Shown here one piece after another: positions 57,057-64,000 of a stretch of DNA of 64,000 bases. Position 1 is the first letter of the stretch. The number at the start of each line of letters is the position of its first letter. A program made the position numbers and the translations under genes. A model generated the notes under the pieces. It made no database searches. It was not told the DNA's origin and saw only the letters and a list, made by a program, of their open reading frames with translations. This DNA is from Candidatus Poribacteria bacterium (lineage in GTDB: Bacteria; Poribacteria; WGA-4E; PCPOR2b): positions 1,376,001 through 1,440,000 of the forward strand of contig OZ244042.1 in assembly GCA_965215015.1 (NCBI GenBank), written 5' to 3'.

Positions 57057-58118
57057 ATGGCTAAAACCTATCGCACTGGCGTTATTGGCTGCGGCGGAAT
57101 GGGGCGCGCTCATTCGAGTGCTTACACCCAAAATCCAGCGACAGAACTGGTTGCAGTAATGGATGTGAACGCAGAATCGGCGAAACGTCTTTCTGATGAA
57201 TTTTCTATTCCCGCTGTGTATACTGACTATAACCAGATGCTCAAAAAAGAAGTGCTCGATATTGTGAGCATCACGACATGGCAGGGAGTCCGCGCTGAGA
57301 TTACAATTGCTGCGGCAAAAGCCGGAGTCAAAGGCATCCTTGGCGAAAAGCCGATGGCGGCATCCTTGGGTGAAGCCGACGCTATGATTGGGGCGTGTGC
57401 GGAGCACAGTGCCAAGCTAGTCATCGGGCATAACGGACGCTTCAATCCGGCAAACACTGAGATTCGGAGGCTTGTCCAAGACGGTGCCATCGGACAACCA
57501 ACGCTGCTCCATCGGAGGTCAAAGCCGAATGCCGGTTTGCTTAATATCGGCACACACGCCATTGATGGGATGCGATACCATCTGTCGGACCCGGAAACGC
57601 TTTGGGTGATTGGTCAGGTTTCTCGTACTACGAACAGGTGGGAACGGCGCACATTGTGTGAAGATCTATGTATGGGGCTAATCTGCTTTGAAGGGGGCGC
57701 GCGTGGCGTCTATGAAAGCGATTTACCCGAACCCATAGTCCCGGCAGGGCTAGTCTCCGGAACAGATGGGCAAATCAAAATGGGGGAAAACGGAACTGTG
57801 CTGCTCCAGAATAATCAAGCAAGCGGTTGGCAGGAGATTCAACCACGCCGGGAGCCGACCGATCAGTACCAAGAACTGATTGATTGGATGGAAGGAAGAA
57901 TTGCTGAGCATCGAAGCACGGGACGCCAGGCGCGATATACAATGGAAATCATGATGGCAATCTACGAATCGTTACGGATCAAAAATGTAGTCACGATGCC
58001 GCTCGAAACCAGCGAATCACCACTTGATTTAATGCTCGAGGAGGGGGTTTTCCCTACATTGATAGAGGGCCGTTACGATATTCGGGCACCTTTCCCAGAA
58101 CAAGGGAAACGTACATAA
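57057..58118 (+). CDS. Gfo/Idh/MocA family oxidoreductase
   Basis: IGCGGMG, EKPMA, GTHAID. Confidence 0.92.
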   Translation: MAKTYRTGVIGCGGMGRAHSSAYTQNPATELVAVMDVNAESAKRLSDEFSIPAVYTDYNQMLKKEVLDIVSITTWQGVRAEITIAAAKAGVKGILGEKPMAASLGEADAMIGACAEHSAKLVIGHNGRFNPANTEIRRLVQDGAIGQPTLLHRRSKPNAGLLNIGTHAIDGMRYHLSDPETLWVIGQVSRTTNRWERRTLCEDLCMGLICFEGGARGVYESDLPEPIVPAGLVSGTDGQIKMGENGTVLLQNNQASGWQEIQPRREPTDQYQELIDWMEGRIAEHRSTGRQARYTMEIMMAIYESLRIKNVVTMPLETSESPLDLMLEEGVFPTLIEGRYDIRAPFPEQGKRT

Positions 58119-58149
58119 ACCATTCGATTTTATACGCTGGAGGGATTCC

Positions 58150-58965
58150 ATGAAACTCACCGAACAACAGATCAATTTTTTCAACACCTTTGGCTACCTA
58201 GCGTTTCCCAGTCTCTTTTCAGCCGACGAGGCTGCTTGGATTACCGAAGAATTTGACCTCTCCATCCAGACCTTCGGTGAGGGTAAAGCACATGATGGTT
58301 CAAAGCGAACCATGTTTGGCGGACCCATTGAACATCGTCCAAGGCTTTGCTCATTGCTAGATGATCCGCGTGTGCTAGGTGTTGCCGGTGGGGTCCTGGG
58401 TGAGGATTTCAACTACGCCAGCGGCGATGGTAATTATTACACCGGCGACACGGGTTGGCACCCGGATGGCAATTGGGGACAGCTCTTTTCCTGTAAAATT
58501 GCATTTTACCTCGATCCATTGACAACCGACACCGGTTGTCTACGAGTTATCCCCGGCAGCCAGTGTCCGGAGCATTTTGTGAGAGCAGGAAAGGTAGATC
58601 CGAACCGATCAGAAGAACTTTTCGGTGTTCCACCACAGGAATTTCCCGGCAGCGTCGCGCTGGAAACGAATCCGGGTGATCTGGTCATCTTTAATCATGA
58701 CACCTATCACGCTTCCTTTGGTGGTGGCGAGCGGCGACGAATGTTCACCATGAACCTGACCCGTCACTGTACAACCGAGCCAGATCTAGAGACCCTGCGC
58801 AAATACTTGAGCATTCACTCCCCCGGTGGCTACAACATCGACACCGGGGCAAGTATGTACTATCCGCCCATACTCGATACCGCCGATGAGAAACGGATAA
58901 TTCATCTTTGGCAATGTGTCGAAATCCACGATGAACTATTTCCACAATACGCTCGGCGGTCCTAA
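58150..58965 (+). CDS. PhyH-family dioxygenase
   Basis: FFNTFGYL, WHPD, LRVIPGS, YHASFGG..RR. Confidence 0.88.
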   Translation: MKLTEQQINFFNTFGYLAFPSLFSADEAAWITEEFDLSIQTFGEGKAHDGSKRTMFGGPIEHRPRLCSLLDDPRVLGVAGGVLGEDFNYASGDGNYYTGDTGWHPDGNWGQLFSCKIAFYLDPLTTDTGCLRVIPGSQCPEHFVRAGKVDPNRSEELFGVPPQEFPGSVALETNPGDLVIFNHDTYHASFGGGERRRMFTMNLTRHCTTEPDLETLRKYLSIHSPGGYNIDTGASMYYPPILDTADEKRIIHLWQCVEIHDELFPQYARRS

Positions 58966-59010
58966 ACCGTTGCGACGTTCAAATCTTCGCACGATTTCTT
59001 GAGGAGCCAA

Positions 59011-59700
59011 ATGAACTTTGAAGATATTAAGCGGCGTCTGAGGGCACTTGATACCGCCTGCGTATGTGACGGCAATAAGGCAAGGAGAGCGGGGGACCCC
59101 ACGGTTAAAGAGTTGAGGGTTATCGATCCCACCATTCGCCCTATCCGAAACGGACTCAAACTTGTCGGGCGGGCACACACGGTAAGCTGCCATGAAGACT
59201 TTCTCACGGTGATCAAAGGGTTGCGGGATGCTGAACCGGGGGAGGTGCTTGTGATTGATACTCAGGGCAGTCGTCGTGCGGTGGCCGGTGAACTGTTTCC
59301 GACAGAAGCAGCACGGAAGGGGTTAGCGGGCATCGTCATAGATGGTCCTTGCCGAGATACTAAAACAATCCGAACTTTAGATGTACCCTACTACGCACGC
59401 TCCTTCAACCCTATAGCGGGCACAACTAATAAGATTTACGAGACTCAAATCCCGATCACCTGCGGCGGTGTTATCGTGAATCCGGGGGATATTATTTTTG
59501 GAGACGATGATGGGCTTATTGTCGGATCGATTGATGAACTGTCGGCAGCAATTCCAGTTGCTGAGGAAATCCAGCGGAAAGAAGATCTGATGCTAAAGCA
59601 GATGGCAGCAGGCGTAAGTCTGTTTGAGATGTTGAATTTCGAGGAACATTACGCAGCGGTGTGTGCCGAAAAAGAAAGCAAGCTAGAATTTACGGTTTAG
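59011..59700 (+). CDS. RraA family protein
   Basis: DTACVCD, AVAGEL, IDGPCRD, CGGVIVNPGDIIFGDDDG. Confidence 0.9.
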   Translation: MNFEDIKRRLRALDTACVCDGNKARRAGDPTVKELRVIDPTIRPIRNGLKLVGRAHTVSCHEDFLTVIKGLRDAEPGEVLVIDTQGSRRAVAGELFPTEAARKGLAGIVIDGPCRDTKTIRTLDVPYYARSFNPIAGTTNKIYETQIPITCGGVIVNPGDIIFGDDDGLIVGSIDELSAAIPVAEEIQRKEDLMLKQMAAGVSLFEMLNFEEHYAAVCAEKESKLEFTV

Positions 59701-59721
59701 GGAAAGCTGCCTAATCAGTAG

Positions 59722-60717
59722 CTATAGGGGCACAACTGTATCGGTCTGGAACGATTGAATCGCTGCCTCAATGATTTCCTGCGCCGCAAGCCCCGCGGCA
59801 CCAGAAGCATCAATTTCATCGGGTGAAACCCCATCCACAAGCTGTTGAATCCACGCGCCAATTCGTGTTGAGAAGGTATCCGTGAAAGAATCCATGTGTC
59901 CCTCCGCTCCCGGCGGTGGGTTGAAATACTCCTCGACTTCGCCACCCCGTCGAGGGTAGAAAGTCAGTTTCTCAAATACTCCATCAAGGACAAACTGTCC
60001 ATTCGTTCCCGCAACCTCACACCGCTCATTCAAACGTCCCGCATCATAACTACCACTAAGGTGTCCAACTACACCGCTCTTAAACTTAAGGTTAATCGAA
60101 GCATTGCTCCAATTCTGCCGCCCCGGCGCACATACTGCAAACGCATGTACCTTCTCCACCTCACCGCAGAAGTACATCATCACATCGAGCGAGTGCGGGT
60201 GTAAGGCTCTGAGATGGAAGAATGGCGAGGTTTCATTCGGATTTTCGATCCATAGTGCCATGTTGATGAAAAGCAGGTCTCCCAGCTTGCCGCTCATTAC
60301 CCACTCCTTCGCTTGCACCGCTAAAGGCGTAAAGCGGTGGTTGAGATTCGTACCCAAACACACATTCTTCTCCTTCGCTTTGTTAATCATCTCCCGTGCA
60401 CGAGCAACATCATTAGACAGCGGCTTTTCGCACAGCACATGAAGCCCCGCCTCAAGTGCCTGCATCGTTGGTTCAAAATGAGCCCCACCGTTTTCAACGC
60501 CACCGGTCGCAACGCTGACAGCGTCAAGCACCTCACCCTCCAAGAGTGATGGAACGCTGTAATATGCCTTGACCCCAAGCCGTTGTGCCGATTCGTCCGT
60601 CCGCTCTTTGACCATATCGCATACCGCAACCAACGATGTTGCCGTGTGTTCATGATAGACGTTAGCATGTGTATTCCCAATCCCCCGCATCCCGATAACC
60701 GCCACGCGTAATGCCAT
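59722..60717 (-). CDS. Gfo/Idh/MocA family oxidoreductase
   Basis: VIGMRGIG, HVLCEKP, HSLD; RBS AGGAGG. Confidence 0.92.
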   Translation of the reverse strand: MALRVAVIGMRGIGNTHANVYHEHTATSLVAVCDMVKERTDESAQRLGVKAYYSVPSLLEGEVLDAVSVATGGVENGGAHFEPTMQALEAGLHVLCEKPLSNDVARAREMINKAKEKNVCLGTNLNHRFTPLAVQAKEWVMSGKLGDLLFINMALWIENPNETSPFFHLRALHPHSLDVMMYFCGEVEKVHAFAVCAPGRQNWSNASINLKFKSGVVGHLSGSYDAGRLNERCEVAGTNGQFVLDGVFEKLTFYPRRGGEVEEYFNPPPGAEGHMDSFTDTFSTRIGAWIQQLVDGVSPDEIDASGAAGLAAQEIIEAAIQSFQTDTVVPL

Positions 60718-60951
60718 ACAAACCCTCCTCTCGCCGTTTGCCAGATTCTGTATGAAGTGCGTCATTCCGATATGAATAATATCGCAGCAAGTTTATCATC
60801 TTTTGCCCTTGCTGTGCAAGGGCTTAGTTACAAATTTCTCATTAGATTTGAATCGCTTTGACACGAGCCGCAAATCGTGCTATAATCCGTGCTCGCAACC
60901 CGTGGATTTTCAAGGCGGGTTCAGCATTTTGAAATTGCAGGAGCTAATAAT

Positions 60952-62124
60952 ATGCCACTTGGAAGAAAAATACGTTACGGAATGGTCGGCGGCGGTCCAG
61001 ACGCATTCATAGGAGCGGTTCACCGAAAAGCTGCAGCACTCGATGGGGAAATTGATCTCGTTGCCGGAACCTTCTCCGCATCACCTGAAAAATCGCAGCA
61101 ACAGGGGGCAGAATTGCTACTTGATCCTAACCGCGTATACAATTCATATCAGGAGATGGTAGAAAAAGAGAATGCCTTGCCAGAAGGGAAACGTATCGAC
61201 TTTGTGTCTATTGTGACACCAAACCACATCCATTTTGAGGTCGCTAAAACGTTCATCGAAGCAGGATTTCACGTAGTTTGCGATAAGCCGATGACAACAA
61301 CGGTGGAAGATGCAGAAGCACTCTGCGGGCTAGTGAAGCAGCACGATGCAATCTTTGCACTGACGCATAACTACACAGGTTATCCGATGGTCAAGCAAGC
61401 TCGTGAGCTGGTATCGCAGGGGCTGCTCGGATCGGTTCGGAAAATTGTTGTAGAATATCCGCAGGGGTGGTTGGCAACGTTCTTGGAAGGAGAAGGGGCA
61501 AAGCAGGCAGTTTGGCGGACAGACCCAAACCAAGCAGGGGTTTCATCTTGTATCGGGGATATCGGGTCACACGCAGAGAATCTCGCTCACTACATTACCG
61601 GCTTAGAGTTAGAGGAAATCTGTGCGGATCTGACCACCTTCGTTGAGGGAAGACAACTCGAAGATGATGGGAATATTCTAGTCCACTATAAAGGTGGTGC
61701 CCGGGGGATACTGTACGCCTCCCAGATTTCTGTCGGTGAAGAGAATAATCTTGGTATCCGCGTCTATGGCACGGATGCTTCGCTCGAATGGCATCAGGAG
61801 AATCCGAACTATCTCTATGTCCGTTTTCCAGATGGGCCTGAACATGTGTATAAGCGCGGCAACGACTACCTTGCCCCAATCGCAGTGCACAATTCACGAC
61901 TGCCCTTTGGACATCCAGAAGCGTTTATAGAAGCATTTGCGAACGTTTATGTCAACGCTGCACGCACACTTGCTGCAAAACTTTCCGGCAGAACACCAGA
62001 CAAATTTGATACGGATTTTCCAACTGTGCAGGATGGGGCACGAGGTGTTCACTTCATCCACAAGGCAGTGGAAAGCGGAAATAAACGGGGATGGGTAGAC
62101 GCCAGCTATACACCACCGGCGTAA
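60952..62124 (+). CDS. Gfo/Idh/MocA family oxidoreductase
   Basis: GMVGGG..AFIG.VHR, TPNHIH, CDKP, DIGSH. Confidence 0.92.
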   Translation: MPLGRKIRYGMVGGGPDAFIGAVHRKAAALDGEIDLVAGTFSASPEKSQQQGAELLLDPNRVYNSYQEMVEKENALPEGKRIDFVSIVTPNHIHFEVAKTFIEAGFHVVCDKPMTTTVEDAEALCGLVKQHDAIFALTHNYTGYPMVKQARELVSQGLLGSVRKIVVEYPQGWLATFLEGEGAKQAVWRTDPNQAGVSSCIGDIGSHAENLAHYITGLELEEICADLTTFVEGRQLEDDGNILVHYKGGARGILYASQISVGEENNLGIRVYGTDASLEWHQENPNYLYVRFPDGPEHVYKRGNDYLAPIAVHNSRLPFGHPEAFIEAFANVYVNAARTLAAKLSGRTPDKFDTDFPTVQDGARGVHFIHKAVESGNKRGWVDASYTPPA

Positions 62125-62151
62125 CATGAAACGAAAAACTTCTTACTTTTT

Positions 62152-62190
62152 GGAGTTGGCAGATGGAGGGTTCCCTTGCCAGCCAACTCC
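62152..62190. terminator. Intergenic hairpin
   Basis: GGAGTTGGC...GCCAACTCC flanked by T runs. Confidence 0.45.
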
Positions 62191-62233
62191 CACTTTTTAG
62201 ACCTAATAGTTTAGACCTAATAGGAGGAATAAG

Positions 62234-63232
62234 ATGGCGAGATCGGTAACACTATTTACGGGGCAGTGGGCAGATTTATCACTTGAAGACCTAGCGCAAA
62301 AAGCCAGTGATTGGGGATATGACGGATTAGAACTGGCATGTTGGGGAGATCACTTTGAAGTTGATAAAGCCCTTGAAGACGATAGCTATTGCCAAGGACG
62401 GCACGACCTCTTAGCGAAATATGATTTGAAGGTCTGGTCAATTAGTAATCACCTTGTCGGACAGGCAGTTTGCGACAATATTGACAGCCGTCACGAAGCC
62501 ATCTTGGCGCCTGCTATATGGGGCGATGGCGACCCCGAAGGGGTTCGGGGGCGTGCCGCCGAAGAGATGAAAAAGACCGCTCGCGCTGCAGCAAAACTCG
62601 GCGTGGGTGTCGTCAATGGATTTACGGGCAGCAGCATTTGGCACCTACTCTATTCTTTTCCGCCCAACGATCCAGCGCAAATTGATGCGGGCTTTGAGGA
62701 CTTTGCCAACCGTTGGAATCCGATTTTTGACGCATTTGATGAGGCCGGGATTAAGTTTGGGCTTGAAGTCCATCCGACCGAAATTGCTTTCGACATCGTG
62801 AGTTCAGAACGCGCCATCGAAGCGGTCAATGGGCGTGAAACGTTTGGATTCAACTACGATCCGAGTCATCTTGGCTATCAAGGTGTTGATTATGTCGCGT
62901 TTATTGAGCGGTTCAGTGACCGCATCTACCATGCCCACATGAAGGATGTGTGGTGGTCGTCAACGCCGCGCCTCTCTGGTGTCTTTGGTGGACACCTGAA
63001 TTTTGGCGATGCCCGGCGATATTGGGATTTCCGGTCAATCGGTCGCGGCAATATTGATTTTGAAGAAATCATCCGCGCGCTCAATAACATTGGATATGAT
63101 GGCCCCCTCTCCATCGAATGGGAGGACAGCGGTATGGATCGGGAGCACGGCGCACGCGAAGCCTGTGCCAAAGTCAAAGGCTACGATTTTGAACCTTCCG
63201 CTCGTGCGTTTGATTCGGCGTTTGAAGAGTAG
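62234..63232 (+). CDS. Sugar phosphate isomerase/epimerase (AP endonuclease 2 TIM barrel)
   Basis: [35 protein letters not shown]. Confidence 0.92.
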   Translation: MARSVTLFTGQWADLSLEDLAQKASDWGYDGLELACWGDHFEVDKALEDDSYCQGRHDLLAKYDLKVWSISNHLVGQAVCDNIDSRHEAILAPAIWGDGDPEGVRGRAAEEMKKTARAAAKLGVGVVNGFTGSSIWHLLYSFPPNDPAQIDAGFEDFANRWNPIFDAFDEAGIKFGLEVHPTEIAFDIVSSERAIEAVNGRETFGFNYDPSHLGYQGVDYVAFIERFSDRIYHAHMKDVWWSSTPRLSGVFGGHLNFGDARRYWDFRSIGRGNIDFEEIIRALNNIGYDGPLSIEWEDSGMDREHGAREACAKVKGYDFEPSARAFDSAFEE

Positions 63233-63246
63233 CGGTGCCCTGTAAC

Positions 63247-63383
63247 TAGAGCGGGTTGACATTTGATAACACGTAGGTCGGGCAAGATGCCCGACCCTCC
63301 GGCTCGGCCCAATACCAGCAGATAGCCTGTCGGTCGAGATCTATATGATCTATATCTCGACACCTAAATCTCAACAAAACCCA
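63247..63383 (+). mobile_element. MITE family D copy, short and degenerate
   Basis: TAGAGCGGGTTGACATTTG...AAATCTCAACAAAACCCA with GTAGGTCGGGCA..TGCCCGACC and GTCGGTCGAGAT..ATCTCGAC modules. Confidence 0.6.
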
Positions 63384-63443
63384 GTTCTCGAAAATAAACT
63401 TTCCCAATCCCTTATATCAATCATGGCCGACAGGCAGAAAACA

Positions 63444-64000
63444 ATGACAAGTCAAAAACAGAAAAATCTCCCACTTGAACAGCGCAGCAGGCGCAGGGAT
63501 CGGGACACAGGCGCGTTTCAGGAGATTCATCAAACCGTCTACTGGGATCCACGACAAACAGGGCTCATTATCTGTGACATGTGGAATGACCATACGTGCA
63601 AAGCCGCTGCCCGACGCGTTGCGGAGATGGTACCAACCATGAATCAGATGGTGTCAGCAGCGCGGGAGACGGGCGTGTTCATCATTCATGCACCGAGTGG
63701 CAGGATGTCATTTTATGACCAAACACCACAACGCCAGCGCGCCATCGAAGCAACGTTTGCGGAATCTCCAGTGGAAATCAAGTGGAACTATTGGGATCCT
63801 GAACGTGAGGGGGAACCGCTGTCTTTCATGCGGAGTGGTGGGTGTGGCTGTAGCGAGCCATGCGCTGGTTGGGTTACCGACGATAAGGGAATTCGACAAT
63901 GGAAAGGCGGAGAGGTGCCTTGGACCCGGCAAATCGAAACCCTCGAAATTGCTTCAGAAGATGCAATCAGCGACGACGGTCAAGAAATTTATAACCTGAT
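63444..64000 (+). CDS. Isochorismatase-like (cysteine hydrolase) protein, 3'-truncated; absent from the ORF track
   Basis: MTSQKQ...WDPRQTGLIICDMWNDHTCKAAARRVAEM..AARETGVFIIHAPS; frame appears open to the window end. Confidence 0.75.
   Translation, partial: MTSQKQKNLPLEQRSRRRDRDTGAFQEIHQTVYWDPRQTGLIICDMWNDHTCKAAARRVAEMVPTMNQMVSAARETGVFIIHAPSGRMSFYDQTPQRQRAIEATFAESPVEIKWNYWDPEREGEPLSFMRSGGCGCSEPCAGWVTDDKGIRQWKGGEVPWTRQIETLEIASEDAISDDGQEIYNL

Noticed and set aside
63688-63999. 103-aa ORF in the track
   Set aside because: Out-of-frame overlap with the isochorismatase-like gene that starts at 63444
1-64000. tRNA (including tRNA-Sec), rRNA, intact transposase, integrase or prophage
   Set aside because: None recognised by eye in the intergenic regions or the ORF track; a tRNAscan/Infernal run would be needed to exclude them fully

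Overview
Bacterial chromosomal window. It most likely comes from a Candidatus Poribacteria-like sponge-symbiont lineage; this is my inference from four PhyH dioxygenases, four Gfo/Idh/MocA oxidoreductases, FG-GAP/CRTAC1, NHL and PD40 repeat proteins, and a C-terminal ...LLLHWGEIK tail. I found no rRNA, tRNA or CRISPR array. Main content: (1) Type IX-secretion-like parts: the 3' part of a SprA-like barrel, and a separate three-gene locus of TonB-dependent receptor, T9SS-CTD surface protein and PorV-like barrel with no SusD. (2) A UGSC-family selenoprotein that the ORF track splits at an in-frame TGA; a clear SECIS-like hairpin follows the TGA, and the next gene is a sulfatase-like protein with Thr at the catalytic position. 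(3) A 309-bp duplicated sigma-54 promoter/enhancer block, one copy upstream of a ferritin gene run and the other upstream of a cassette of lineage-specific membrane/secreted proteins. (4) A type II R-M locus with a frameshifted endonuclease and an intact methyltransferase. (5) Four tandem MacB-type permeases lacking ATPase domains, plus an adaptor protein. (6) hps-phi next to a sarcosine-oxidase-like gene. (7) rpoZ. (8) Many non-autonomous elements: four terminal-inverted-repeat families sharing GTAG-REP-like internal modules. All protein family calls come from motif recognition by eye, not from database searches.
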